Shown piece after piece: positions 1 to 9,105 of a DNA stretch of 57,102 bases. The first letter of the stretch is position 1. Every line of letters begins with the position of its first letter. A program made the translations under genes and the position numbers. The notes under the pieces were generated by a model. That model saw nothing but the letters and a program-made list of their open reading frames with translations, searched no databases and was not told where the DNA came from. This stretch comes from Gemmatimonadaceae bacterium (GTDB lineage Bacteria; Gemmatimonadota; Gemmatimonadetes; Gemmatimonadales; Gemmatimonadaceae): contig DATJIZ010000036.1 of assembly GCA_035492735.1 (NCBI GenBank), forward strand, positions 1 through 57,102. Direction: 5' to 3'.

Positions 1-473
1 ATCCGTCGTAGCGCGGCCGAGGCATCGTCCTTCACCGTGCCGTCGTCGAGTACCGCTCGCGCGATCGCCTCCTCGAGTGCCGGTCGTGCGATGAGGCGCT
101 CGAGCAGAGGCTCGAGCAGCGCGCGAACGACCGCGGGTCGACGCGCGTCGCGCAGATGCGCCTGCGTGTGTCGTGAGGAGCGGAGCAGCGTGGCCGCCGA
201 GACCAGCTCGACACCCGTCCACATGCTGCCTTCGACCCGAAGCCGGGTGAGCGGATCGGCCAGATCGGGAATGGGATCCGGGCGCCAGGCGTCGTCACCG
301 TGGATCGCCGCGCGCATCGCGGCGACGCGCGCGTGCTCGCGATCGAGCCACCCTTCGTCCATCGAGGGCGCAAGCGCGCGAACGCCGGCCGCGCCGAGGT
401 TCGACGCCGCGAAGCCCGCGACGACATCCAACACGCGGGCAAGCTCGAGGACCGAGAGCGCGTGCGCGTTCAT
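1..473 (-). CDS. mutS2: Endonuclease MutS2 (Smr-type), N-terminal part; 3' end lies outside the window
   Basis: Not in the ORF track because it runs off the window edge. Reverse-strand ATG at 473..471 opens MNAHALSVLELARVLDVVAGFAASNLGAAGVRALAPSMDEGWLDREHARV...AVLDDGTVKDDASAALRR with no stop down to position 1. This matches the MutS2 N-terminal pattern (L..LEF/L.., S.LG, D.AS..L..IR) and has high GC3. Confidence 0.7.
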   Translation of the reverse strand, partial: MNAHALSVLELARVLDVVAGFAASNLGAAGVRALAPSMDEGWLDREHARVAAMRAAIHGDDAWRPDPIPDLADPLTRLRVEGSMWTGVELVSAATLLRSSRHTQAHLRDARRPAVVRALLEPLLERLIARPALEEAIARAVLDDGTVKDDASAALRR

Positions 474-552
474 CGCCGCGGCAAACGGCACAACCCGGAC
501 GAGCGAAGGGGGTCGCCGATCCGGGTTGTCGCACGAGCTCGAGCCTTCAGCG

Positions 553-996
553 TCACGCGCGCTTGCCGAGCTCCTCGCGGACGATGGCGTTGATGGCGGC
601 GCCGTCGGCGCGACCTTTGAACTGGCCCATGACCTTGCCCATCACGGCGCCGATGTTCGTGGCGCCGGCATCGATCGCCGATACAACCGCCGTTCGAATT
701 TCCTCATCGCTCATTGCCGCCGGTAAATAGGCGGCGAGCGCCTCGACTTCGGCGCGCTCGACTCGAGCCAGGTCGGGCCGATTACCCTTGTCGTACATCT
801 CGATCGACTCTCGGCGCTTCTTCATTCCACGCCGCAATACCTCGACAACGTCATCGTCGGTCGCGTCGTGCTTGAGCTCGATCTCACGATTCCTGACGTC
901 GGCGATGATCGTCCCGAGCAGCAGCACTTGCGCCTTGTCCTGCGCCTTGCGCGCGGTGGTCAAGTCGCTCTGCAGCCGCGCGAGCAACGGCGACAT
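553..996 (-). CDS. GatB/YqeY domain-containing protein
   Basis: C-terminal 147 aa of track ORF 553..1119. The internal ATG at 996 gives [21 protein letters not shown]...GRADGAAINAIVREELGKRA, typical YqeY length and sequence. TGATG overlap with the rpsU stop at 996..998. Confidence 0.8.
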   Translation of the reverse strand: MSPLLARLQSDLTTARKAQDKAQVLLLGTIIADVRNREIELKHDATDDDVVEVLRRGMKKRRESIEMYDKGNRPDLARVERAEVEALAAYLPAAMSDEEIRTAVVSAIDAGATNIGAVMGKVMGQFKGRADGAAINAIVREELGKRA

Positions 997-1184
997 CAGG
1001 CGTGCCGACTGCGACGGTTCTTCCGGATGGCGGCGTTGAGCTTTCGCTTCCGGCGCTCGCTCGGCTTTTCGTAGTGGCGATGCTTGCGAAGATCGGACAG
1101 AATCCCCGCCTTCTCGCACTTCTTCTTGAAGCGCTTCAGGGCGCGCTCGAAATTCTCATCGTCGTGAATGATGACTTCCGACAA
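996..1184 (-). CDS. rpsU: 30S ribosomal protein S21
   Basis: [58 protein letters not shown] is a clear S21 sequence. A TTG start at 1184..1182 follows a GGGGGGAG Shine-Dalgarno. The track ORF extends further upstream to 1238. Confidence 0.85.
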   Translation of the reverse strand: MSEVIIHDDENFERALKRFKKKCEKAGILSDLRKHRHYEKPSERRKRKLNAAIRKNRRSRHA

Positions 1185-1240
1185 ACTGACTCTCCCCCCT
1201 TCGCGGCGTTTGCTCGCCAGATAAGTGTATTGAGCCAATT

Positions 1241-1270
1241 AACTTACCGGCTCGGCTGTCGCGTTGTCAA
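1241..1270 (-). promoter_or_regulatory. Candidate sigma70-type promoter for rpsU-yqeY (TTGACA-N18-TAAGTT)
   Basis: The reverse strand reads TTGACA (1270..1265), an 18-nt spacer, then TAAGTT (1246..1241), about 55 nt upstream of the rpsU start. This is a motif match only. Confidence 0.35.
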
Positions 1271-1298
1271 CGATGAGTTGGCACGGGTGCGCCGTCAA

Positions 1299-1640
1299 TT
1301 AGCCCGGAGGCCAAGCCATCGAGCGGCCGCCGAGCAGATGCAGATGGACGTGGAACACGGTCTGGCCCGCCGCCCGGTTCGTGTTGACGACCGTGCGGTA
1401 CCCCGACTCGGCGATGCCTTCGCGGCGCGCAATCTCCGTGGCCGCAAGCGACAGCCGGCCGAGCATCTCCGCATCGCTCGCCTCGTTCAACGACGGAACG
1501 TGCTCACGGGGAATGATCACGACGTGAACGGGCGCCTGCGGGTTGATGTCCCGAAATGCGATGACATGCTCGTCGCTGAGCACGATCGCCGCGGGGATCT
1601 CCTTTCGCACGATCCGGCAGAACAGACAGTCATCGGCCAT
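1299..1640 (-). CDS. HIT (histidine triad) family protein
   Basis: 113 aa with a C-terminal histidine triad HVHLHLLGG and CLFCRI near the N-terminus. The ATG at 1640 lies 1 nt after the rsmE stop. Confidence 0.85.
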   Translation of the reverse strand: MADDCLFCRIVRKEIPAAIVLSDEHVIAFRDINPQAPVHVVIIPREHVPSLNEASDAEMLGRLSLAATEIARREGIAESGYRTVVNTNRAAGQTVFHVHLHLLGGRSMAWPPG

Positions 1641-1641
1641 G

Positions 1642-2385
1642 TCAGGCGACCTCGGTCAAGGTTGACGCGCGAGCGATGGCGACCGCGGCGATCCCGGCGG
1701 TCTCGAACCGCAGCGTTGTCGGCGCAAGACGAACGCTGCGCCATCCACGCGCGGCGAGCAACTCCGCTTCGTCCGGCTCGATTCCACCTTCGGGCCCCAG
1801 AACGATTGCCAGGTCGCCGATCGTCGTGGCGAGCTCGGGCAGGATCGGCGTGCCGGCCTTGTCGAGCACGAATGCCGCGGCGCCTGGTGGCATTTGAATC
1901 TCGTCCGGTTCGACCTCACCCAGGATCTCCGGCAGCCAAGTGCCACCCGACTGTTCGAGCGCGCTAACGACGCGGGCCTGCAGCTTGGCGCCGAATGCGG
2001 CGCCCTCGCCGCGAGGCGATACGCTGGCCGATCGCCGAAAGCGAACGGCCTGCCAGCTCGCGATTCCGAGCTCGGTCACCTTCTCGGCCAGCCAGAGCAT
2101 CCGGTCGCGATCGGCGATCGGCGCGAGGAGGTGGATCGCCCTCGGTCGGTCGACCGTCTCCACCTGGAGTACCCGCGCCTCGAGCTGATTCTGGCCGACG
2201 ACGGTCAGCTCGGCATTGGCGCGTGTCCCGGCTCCGTCGGTGAGCCACACTCTGTCACCCACAGCGAGCCGCCGAACGCGCGCGTGATGCGCCGCACGTT
2301 CGCTCAAACGAGCTACGCCGAACGCCGGCACGCCGGCGTCGACGAGGAACGTCGCTACGCCAGCGCGATCGTTGCGCTCCACCAC
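1642..2385 (-). CDS. rsmE: 16S rRNA (uracil1498-N3)-methyltransferase RsmE
   Basis: RsmE-like sequence (GDRVWLTDGAG..., IVLGPEGGIEPDEAELL, LRFETAGIAAVA). The start is uncertain among GTG 2385, 2382 and 2418, and overlaps the prmA 3' end. Confidence 0.8.
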   Translation of the reverse strand: MVERNDRAGVATFLVDAGVPAFGVARLSERAAHHARVRRLAVGDRVWLTDGAGTRANAELTVVGQNQLEARVLQVETVDRPRAIHLLAPIADRDRMLWLAEKVTELGIASWQAVRFRRSASVSPRGEGAAFGAKLQARVVSALEQSGGTWLPEILGEVEPDEIQMPPGAAAFVLDKAGTPILPELATTIGDLAIVLGPEGGIEPDEAELLAARGWRSVRLAPTTLRFETAGIAAVAIARASTLTEVA

Positions 2386-3188
2386 CCGTCCTCCACATCC
2401 TCGTCCTCGATCACCCACCCACCATCGTCGAGCGCCTGGCGCATGACATCCCGCTCACCGGTCAGCATGCCACTCAAAATCGCGCGGCCATCCGGCGCAA
2501 GCGCGGCCGCGATTGTGGGAAGCAGCGCCAGCAGCACTGACGAGATGATGTTGGCGACAACGAGGCGCACGGGCGCCACGAGCGGCAGCAGCGTAGTGGC
2601 ATCACCTTCAACGACGGTCACCCGATCAGCGACGCCGTTGTGCCGGACGTTTGCGTCGGCGTTGGCAATGGCGTCGCGATCGATCTCGATCGCGGCGACC
2701 TGACCCGCGCCCAGCTTGGCGGCCGCAATCGCGAGCACCGCGCTCCCGGCGCCGAGATCGGCAACCCGGTCACCGGAGCGCACCACGGACTGCATCAGTC
2801 GAATCACGCCGCGTGTGGTGGCGTGCTCGCCGGTCCCGAACGCCATCTCGGGCTCGATGACGATCGTCGTAGCGCTGTCGAGACCCTCGGCCAACCATGG
2901 CGGTGTGACGACCAATCGCCCGAGCCGGTGGGCATGGATCGAGTCCTTCCATCGCTCGGACCAATCGACGTGCTCGAGCGGCGCGGTGTCGGCGTATGCG
3001 CCTGGGCTCACCGCGAGCGCGGCGCAGACCAGCGCATCGGCGGCCGCTTGATCGGGAACGTACGTGACGAGAGCGTCGCCGAGTTCCTGCAGCCCTTGCG
3101 CACCGGCGTCGAACAGCGCGGCCGCGACGCGGTCACGCTCCTCGCCCGGAATGACGCGAACGGTGACCCACTCGGCCGGTGGGTTCAC
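2355..3188 (-). CDS. prmA: Ribosomal protein L11 methyltransferase
   Basis: 277 aa with PrmA motifs (IEPEMAFGTGEHATT, VADLGAGSAVLAIAAAKLGA). The GTG start at 3188 overlaps the dnaJ stop (GTGA). Confidence 0.85.
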   Translation of the reverse strand: MNPPAEWVTVRVIPGEERDRVAAALFDAGAQGLQELGDALVTYVPDQAAADALVCAALAVSPGAYADTAPLEHVDWSERWKDSIHAHRLGRLVVTPPWLAEGLDSATTIVIEPEMAFGTGEHATTRGVIRLMQSVVRSGDRVADLGAGSAVLAIAAAKLGAGQVAAIEIDRDAIANADANVRHNGVADRVTVVEGDATTLLPLVAPVRLVVANIISSVLLALLPTIAAALAPDGRAILSGMLTGERDVMRQALDDGGWVIEDEDVEDGWWSATIALA

Positions 3189-4321
3189 GCACCCAGGGCT
3201 TCTTTCATCTTGGCCCAGAAGCCCTTGCCGCGGCCGTCGGCCGGAATACCGGGCTGCAGCTCGCCGAGCCGCTCCACGAGGCGGCGTTCCTCGTCGTTCA
3301 ACCGCTCGGGAGTCCAGAGCTGCACACGTACGTGCAGGTCGCCGGTACCGTTCGCGTTCACCCGAGGCAGTCCGCGCCCGCGCAGATGGAAGACCTGGCC
3401 ACTCTGCGTGGCGGGCGGCATGGACATCGTGACGTGCCCGTTCACCGTCGGCACGCTCAGCTCAGCACCGAGCACGAGCTGGGGATACGTCACGAGCACT
3501 TCGGTGTAGAGATCTTCGCCGTCGCGCTCGAAGCGCGGATCGTCAGCGACCTCGAACAACACGTGCACATCACCGCGTGGACCGCTGCGCGCCCCCGCGT
3601 TGCCCACGCCGCGGAGCGTCATGTACTGCCCCGTCGCGACGCCGGCTGGAATCTGGACCGTGATCTCGCGCTCGCCGCGAATGCGGCCTTCGCCGCGACA
3701 CGTCTTGCACGGCGTCTGCACGATGCGGCCTTCACCATGGCACGTGGGGCATGGCACTACGGTGACGAACTGGCCGAAGAACGAGCGCTGGGCGCGCCGC
3801 ACTTCGCCCTGACCGCCGCAGGTCGGACACGCCTGCGACTTGGAGCCGGGCTCCGCACCGCTGCCCTCACAGTGCTCGCACGTTTCGAGAAGACGAATGA
3901 GCACCTTCTTCTCGACGCCGGTCGCGACCTCCTGGAGCGTGAGCGGCACGGTGATCTTGAGATCGGCGCCCGAACGCGGACCGCTGCTGCTCGAGGCGCG
4001 GCCGCCGAACAGCTCTTCGAGTCCGCCGAATCCGCCGAAGTCGCGCATGAAGATGCCGAGCGCCTCCGACAGATCGACGTGGTGGAAGCCGCCGCCGCCG
4101 CCACGCAAGCCCGCCTCGCCGTACCGATCGTACGCCGCACGCTTCTGCGGGTCGCGCAGCACGTCGTACGCCTCGGTGATCTCCTTGAACCGCTCTTCGG
4201 CGTCCTTGGAGCCGTTGTTGCGGTCCGGATGGTATTTCATCGCGAGCTTGCGATACGACTTCTTGATCTCCTCGTCCGACGCCGTGCGCGGCACGTCGAG
4301 AACTGCGTAAAAGTCCGCCAT
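3185..4321 (-). CDS. dnaJ: Molecular chaperone DnaJ
   Basis: J domain (DFYAVLDVPRTASDEEIKKSYRKLAMKYHPDRN), a G-rich linker and four CxxCxGxG zinc-finger repeats. 378 aa. Confidence 0.95.
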   Translation of the reverse strand: MADFYAVLDVPRTASDEEIKKSYRKLAMKYHPDRNNGSKDAEERFKEITEAYDVLRDPQKRAAYDRYGEAGLRGGGGGFHHVDLSEALGIFMRDFGGFGGLEELFGGRASSSSGPRSGADLKITVPLTLQEVATGVEKKVLIRLLETCEHCEGSGAEPGSKSQACPTCGGQGEVRRAQRSFFGQFVTVVPCPTCHGEGRIVQTPCKTCRGEGRIRGEREITVQIPAGVATGQYMTLRGVGNAGARSGPRGDVHVLFEVADDPRFERDGEDLYTEVLVTYPQLVLGAELSVPTVNGHVTMSMPPATQSGQVFHLRGRGLPRVNANGTGDLHVRVQLWTPERLNDEERRLVERLGELQPGIPADGRGKGFWAKMKEALGA

Positions 4322-4332
4322 GGATTCGTCGG

Positions 4333-5382
4333 TCAGTCGAGGAGATCGCTGAGCAGCCGCGAGGTGTGGCCCACCAGCGAGATGACTTTCTCGTACGGCA
4401 TGCGCGTCGGTCCGATCACGCCGATCACACCGGCAAGGTTGCCGGCGATGTACTCGGCCGTGACGACAGTGAACTCTTCCAATCGGGGATCGTCGTGCTC
4501 GGCGCCGATTGTGATCGAGATGCCGGGAACGCTCGCCCGTTTGCGGATGGCGTCGCCAAGCGTGCGCGGCGTATCGGTGAGGGCGAGCAGTCGACGCATC
4601 CGGTCCGCCGCGGAGAACTCGGGCTGTTCAGCGAGCACGGACGCGGCGCCGAGCACCACGTCCGCCTGGTCCGACATCGGCAACGCCGCGTCGAACAGTT
4701 GTTCGCCTTCCTGCAGAAAGATGTTGAGCAGCTCGGCGGATGCCACGTCGGTCGTCGTGTCGCGCAGCCGGCCGGTGAGCGATCGCTTGATCTCACCCAG
4801 CGTCAGCCCGGCGAGCCGCTCGTTGAGCACCGCCGACACGGCGCCGAGCGCATGATCGGCGATGTCGGCCGGAACCTCGACGAAGACCGTGCGCACGACA
4901 CCGAGCTCCAGCGTCAGGACCATCAGCAGCCGCTCACTGCTCACACGCACGAGCTCGAGCCGCTGCAAGACCGAGCGATCCAGCCGTGGACCGAGCGCCA
5001 CTCCAAGCTCCTGCGTCAGGACGCCGAGCGTCTGCGCGGCGCGGCGCAGAATGGTCTCGATGGGAGAGCCGCCGCCGCTGCTCAACTCCTCGAGCAACCG
5101 GTCGGACTCGAGCGAACGGACTTGCGGCATTCCGAGCAGCGAATCGACGTAGGCGCGATAGGCCTTGTTCGTCGGTACCCGGCCAGCCGAAGTATGCGGA
5201 TGGAAAAGGAAGCCCTTCTCCTCCAAGTCGCTCATCGTGTTGCGGATCGTGGCCGGGGACACGCCAAGGCCGAACCGCCGGGACAATGTGCGTGAGCCGG
5301 CTGGCTCGGCAGTTTCCACATAGCTGCGAATCACCGCCTCGAGAATGCGGCGCTCGCGTCTGCTGAGCTCCTCAGATGGCAT
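4333..5382 (-). CDS. hrcA: Heat-inducible transcription repressor HrcA
   Basis: LSRRERRILEAVIRSYVETAEPAGSRTLSRRFGLGVSPATIRNTMSDLEEKGFLFHPHTSAGRVPT is a canonical HrcA N-terminus. 349 aa. Confidence 0.9.
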   Translation of the reverse strand: MPSEELSRRERRILEAVIRSYVETAEPAGSRTLSRRFGLGVSPATIRNTMSDLEEKGFLFHPHTSAGRVPTNKAYRAYVDSLLGMPQVRSLESDRLLEELSSGGGSPIETILRRAAQTLGVLTQELGVALGPRLDRSVLQRLELVRVSSERLLMVLTLELGVVRTVFVEVPADIADHALGAVSAVLNERLAGLTLGEIKRSLTGRLRDTTTDVASAELLNIFLQEGEQLFDAALPMSDQADVVLGAASVLAEQPEFSAADRMRRLLALTDTPRTLGDAIRKRASVPGISITIGAEHDDPRLEEFTVVTAEYIAGNLAGVIGVIGPTRMPYEKVISLVGHTSRLLSDLLD

Positions 5383-5392
5383 AAGTCCAAAG

Positions 5393-6514
5393 CTAGTAAC
5401 GACTTCGGAAAGCTGTCAAGTCGGCCGAAAGGGCGTCGAGTCGAAGCCAGCCGCGCGGAGTGAGCACCAGGCGACGCGAACCGTCGACCATCGCCCATCC
5501 AGCGTCGATCCACGGCGCGACGTGTCCCAGTTCGGCCTCCTCCAGGACGACCCCGCGGCTCGTCCGCAATCCCAGGTACACCAACTCGGCGGATCGATTG
5601 TCCGCCGTCAGCGTCTCATCGCCCTGAATCGGGTCGGTGCCGGCCGAAAGCGCGCGCTTCCAGTCGACGTAGGCAGTCTCGTTCCAGCGACGAATCTCAC
5701 CGTCGAACCCGTGGGCCGAGGGCCCGACGCCCAGGTACGCCGCACCGGACCAGTACGCGGCGTTGTGCCGAGAGTGCCGAGAGGCGAGACCGTAGTTCGA
5801 GACTTCATAGTGCTCGAATCCCGCCGCGCCGAGAAGGTCGTGCGCCTGCAGAAACTCGCGCTCGTAGCGTTCGTCCGGTGCGTCGACGACCTGGCCGCGA
5901 CTGTGTGCCCGGCCGAGCGGCGTCTGCGGTTCGATCGTGAGGCCGTACAGCGAGACGTGCTCGGGGGACAATTCCAGCGCGCGCGACAAATCGGCTTCCC
6001 AGGATCGCTCGAGGTGCTGCGGGAGCGCAAAGATCAAGTCGAGCGACAGATTATCGATCCCGGCCTGACGTGCGGCGACCACAGCGCATCGGATCGCCGC
6101 GGCGTCGTGCGTGCGATGCATCCACGCGAGCACGGCGTCATCGAACGACTGGGCGCCGAGCGACAAGCGGTTCACGCCGGCGGCACGCCACCGCGACGCC
6201 GCGGCCGGTGTCACGTCCTCCGGATTTGCCTCGATCGTCACTTCGGCACCCGGTGCGAGCGCGACGGAATCGCGAATCGTATCGAGGACCTGCGCAACGC
6301 CTTCGCCGCCCAATCTCGATGGCGTCCCACCACCGAGGTAGAGCGTGTCGAGCTCGATCGGGGCAGCCGTCACCTGCCGGATCTCGAGCTCACGCGCGAC
6401 CGCGGCCGCGAATTCATCCACCGGCGCTTCGCGCCGAACGACGATGGAGAAATCGCAGTACACGCAGCGACGCCCGCAGAACGGGACGTGCACGTACAGA
6501 TGCCGCGGGAGCAT
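5393..6514 (-). CDS. hemW: Radical SAM family heme chaperone HemW / oxygen-independent coproporphyrinogen-III oxidase-like protein
   Basis: Internal ATG at 6514 gives MLPRHLYVHVPFCGRRCVYCDF (CxxxCxxC), then GGGTPS and a HemN_C-like tail; 373 aa. The upstream 264 aa of track ORF 5393..7306 is Arg-rich and overlaps dprA in another frame. Confidence 0.85.
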   Translation of the reverse strand: MLPRHLYVHVPFCGRRCVYCDFSIVVRREAPVDEFAAAVARELEIRQVTAAPIELDTLYLGGGTPSRLGGEGVAQVLDTIRDSVALAPGAEVTIEANPEDVTPAAASRWRAAGVNRLSLGAQSFDDAVLAWMHRTHDAAAIRCAVVAARQAGIDNLSLDLIFALPQHLERSWEADLSRALELSPEHVSLYGLTIEPQTPLGRAHSRGQVVDAPDERYEREFLQAHDLLGAAGFEHYEVSNYGLASRHSRHNAAYWSGAAYLGVGPSAHGFDGEIRRWNETAYVDWKRALSAGTDPIQGDETLTADNRSAELVYLGLRTSRGVVLEEAELGHVAPWIDAGWAMVDGSRRLVLTPRGWLRLDALSADLTAFRSRY

Positions 6515-6540
6515 CTCCGAATATACGGTTTTGCTCACGC

Positions 6541-7395
6541 TCAACGGCGCCGGATCTCGCCGGTGAGCGAGCACTCGACTGCCCCGCGCAGTTCCAGAGT
6601 GGTGACGGCGGTCAGGCACTGCGCGACGGGAAGCGACGACCGGGCGCAAAGCTCGTCGAGCGTCGCGGAGCCGTGGCCGAGCGCCGACCACACGCGCATC
6701 TCCACCTCGTCGTCGACCCGCGGCTCGGCGCGACGCTGCGGCGCGAGGCCCGCGAGGCACAGTGCGTCGTCGACCGATGTCATCGCCTGGGCTCCGTCGC
6801 GGAGGAGCTCGTTGGTTCCCTGACTCTGCGGCGAGTCGATTTGGCCGGGTACCGCGCCGAGGTCCCGGCCGAGCTCCAGCGCGGCCTTGGCCGTCGACAG
6901 CGCACCACTGCCGAAGGGTGCCTCGACGACGATGGTGAGCCTCGCGAGAGCGGCGATGATGCGATTGCGTTTGATGAAGGAACCCCGGTGCGAACGCGCG
7001 CCGGGTGGCATCTCCGACATCACGAGACCGCGCTCGACGATCTGGCGGTGCAGCCTGGCGTGCGCGCGCGGATACGGGATGTCGACACCGTTCCCGAGTA
7101 CGGCGATCGTGGGGCCGGCAGCGTCGATGGCCGCCTGGTGCGCCGCGGCGTCGATCCCCAGAGCCATGCCGCTCACGATGCACGCGCCGCCGCGGGCGAG
7201 CGCGCCGGCGAGCTCGCGCGTGACGCGCAGACCGTACGCCGTTGCCCGCCGCGTACCGACGATGGCCACGAGCGGACGCGACATTGCAGCCGAATCGCCG
7301 CACCACCAGAGTTGCTCCGGCGGATCGCCGAGGTCGCGGAGCTGCTCAGGATACTCGGAGCCGACGCGATGGATCGCGCAAATCGGCGCGGCCAA
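6541..7395 (-). CDS. dprA: DNA-processing protein DprA (Smf)
   Basis: Rossmann-like DprA core (VAIVGTRRATAYGLRVTRELAGALARGGACIVSGMALGIDAAAHQAA..., SHRGSFIKRNRIIAALA) and a C-terminal winged-helix-like tail. I placed the start at TTG 7395..7393, 4 nt after the obg stop. The start is tentative. Confidence 0.72.
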   Translation of the reverse strand: MAAPICAIHRVGSEYPEQLRDLGDPPEQLWWCGDSAAMSRPLVAIVGTRRATAYGLRVTRELAGALARGGACIVSGMALGIDAAAHQAAIDAAGPTIAVLGNGVDIPYPRAHARLHRQIVERGLVMSEMPPGARSHRGSFIKRNRIIAALARLTIVVEAPFGSGALSTAKAALELGRDLGAVPGQIDSPQSQGTNELLRDGAQAMTSVDDALCLAGLAPQRRAEPRVDDEVEMRVWSALGHGSATLDELCARSSLPVAQCLTAVTTLELRGAVECSLTGEIRRR

Positions 7396-7399
7396 CGGC

Positions 7400-8419
7400 T
7401 CAGGGGAGCGCGACCGGATCGTCACGACGGATGTTGGTGTTCTTGAGCTCGAGGAGCCGCGACCACCACGCCGAGAGGAGCGGATCGAGGCCGGTGCGGC
7501 CGGCGGCACTGATCGCGAAGGTACCAAACGCCTCGGGCGCGTCGATCGGCGGCGGCGGATCGTTGCCGAGCAAATCCATCTTGGTGAACACCACGCAGTG
7601 CGGCTTCTGCGCCAGCTCGCTCGAGTAGGCGCCGATCTCGCGCCGCAACTGGTCGTACTCCGACTGCCAGTCCATGGAGTCGACCGGGATGAGGAACGCG
7701 AGAATGCGCGTTCGCTCGATGTGGCGGAGGAACTGGAGTCCCAGGCCTCGACCCTCGTGCGCCCCCTCGATGATGCCGGGAATGTCGGCAACGACGAACG
7801 TCCGTCCATCGGAGAGCTGCACCACGCCGAGATTGGGGCTCAGCGTGGTGAACGGATAGTCGGCGATCTTTGGCCGCGCGGCCGAGATGACCGAGAGGAG
7901 CGTGGACTTGCCCGCGTTGGGCTGCCCGACGAACCCTACGTCGGCGATGAGCTTGAGCTCGAGCTCGAGCGTGCGCGCCTGGCCGTCCTCGCCGGGTTGG
8001 TAATCGCGCGGCGCCTGGTGCGTGGAGCTCACGAAGTGGGCATTCCCTTTGCCGCCGCGGCCGCCCCGCGCGACCACGATGCGCTGGCCATCCTCGAGTA
8101 CCTCGCCGATCAGCTCCGACGTTTCGAGATCTCGAATGACCGTCCCGACGGGCACCGGAAGCTCGACGTCGCTCCCCGAGCGACCCGTCTTGTTGCTTCC
8201 CGACCCGTGTTCGCCGGCCGGGGCCGACCAGGAGTCGCGGTAGGTGTAATCGAGGAGCGTCGATAGATTCGCGTCGCCGCGAACGACGACGTCTCCGCCT
8301 CGGCCTCCCTCGCCGCCGTCGGGGCCGCCGAGTGGCACGAACTTTTCCCGACGGAAGGAGATGATGCCCGAGCCGCCGTCGCCGGCTTTGACGTTCACAA
8401 CGACGCGATCGATGAACAT
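7400..8419 (-). CDS. obg: GTPase Obg/CgtA
   Basis: MFIDRVVVNVKAGDGGSGIISFRREKFVPLGGPDGGEGGRGGDVVV (Obg fold) followed by a G domain (GQPNAGKSTLL, DIPGIIEGA, TKMD). 339 aa. Confidence 0.95.
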   Translation of the reverse strand: MFIDRVVVNVKAGDGGSGIISFRREKFVPLGGPDGGEGGRGGDVVVRGDANLSTLLDYTYRDSWSAPAGEHGSGSNKTGRSGSDVELPVPVGTVIRDLETSELIGEVLEDGQRIVVARGGRGGKGNAHFVSSTHQAPRDYQPGEDGQARTLELELKLIADVGFVGQPNAGKSTLLSVISAARPKIADYPFTTLSPNLGVVQLSDGRTFVVADIPGIIEGAHEGRGLGLQFLRHIERTRILAFLIPVDSMDWQSEYDQLRREIGAYSSELAQKPHCVVFTKMDLLGNDPPPPIDAPEAFGTFAISAAGRTGLDPLLSAWWSRLLELKNTNIRRDDPVALP

Positions 8420-8422
8420 TGG

Positions 8423-9061
8423 CTACTTCCCCCGCACGCGCGCCCAGAGCAGCTCGACCGACCGCGCGCGGTCGTCGCCAAGCAGATCGCGCAGCAATTG
8501 GATCGTCGCTTCAATGCTCGCGATCGACGCGCCGGCGTTGCGCGCGCCGTGCAAATGCGAGTGCAACTGGCGGTCCTGACCCGCCGCGGCACACGCGGCG
8601 ACGATGCACAGCTCGCGCCGCGCCAAGTCGAGACCGGGACGCGACAGCACCTTGCCGTAGCCTTCCACGATCATCCAATCGTCCAATCGCGGGTGGAGGT
8701 GGCGAATGTTGTCTCGCAATCGCTCGTACATGGCGCCGTAGACGACCGCGCAGGTCGATTCACCGTTCGCGCGCCAGCGCGCTGGATCGTCAGCCGCAGC
8801 GTCCGCCGGATCGACCGGCTGGGGCGCGAGACGACGCCATTCGCGCATCGCGTTCAGCGCCCGCGGAAAGCCGGCGAACAGATAGGTTTGCAGCAGAAGC
8901 TCCTCCACCCATGCCGGCGGCACCGTGCCGTGGATGTTCGTCAACTCGGCGCGAACGTGAAGCTCGGTGCCGATCGTGACGACGGCGGCAAGCCGCACGA
9001 GTCGCCGCGTTTCGTCGTCGAGCGCGTGTAAGCTGTTCTCGGGCGCGCCTGACGGCGTCAT
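8423..9061 (-). CDS. Carboxymuconolactone decarboxylase (AhpD-like) family protein
   Basis: Internal ATG at 9061 gives a 212-aa protein with CMD-like helical repeats (LVRLAAVVTIG..., ELCIVAACAAAGQDRQLHSHLHGARNAGAS). The rest of track ORF 8423..9967 is Arg-rich and overlaps the next gene. Confidence 0.65.
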   Translation of the reverse strand: MTPSGAPENSLHALDDETRRLVRLAAVVTIGTELHVRAELTNIHGTVPPAWVEELLLQTYLFAGFPRALNAMREWRRLAPQPVDPADAAADDPARWRANGESTCAVVYGAMYERLRDNIRHLHPRLDDWMIVEGYGKVLSRPGLDLARRELCIVAACAAAGQDRQLHSHLHGARNAGASIASIEATIQLLRDLLGDDRARSVELLWARVRGK

Positions 9062-9105
9062 CGAACGGCGTCGTATCGGAGCAATCGATTGCCGAGCGAC
9101 GGGTG

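Noticed and set aside
32-726. Track ORFs 32..442 (-), 37..726 (+) and 295..593 in the first 700 bp
   Set aside because: All are Arg/Ser-rich. A different minus-strand frame gives a clean MutS2 N-terminus (1..473), and yqeY occupies 553..996.
5391-5419. TTGACA hexamer upstream of hrcA as a dedicated promoter, and a CIRCE operator
   Set aside because: The best -10 at correct spacing (TACTAG or CTAGCT) is poor, and the element lies inside the hemW 3' end only 10 nt from hrcA. I found no TTAGCACTC-N9-GAGTGCTAA-like inverted repeat.
6515-7306. N-terminal 264-aa extension of the hemW ORF (track ORF 5393..7306)
   Set aside because: It is extremely Arg/Pro/Gly-rich and overlaps dprA in another frame. 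The recognisable HemW N-terminus (MLPRHLYVHVPFCGRRCVYCDF) begins at the internal ATG 6514.
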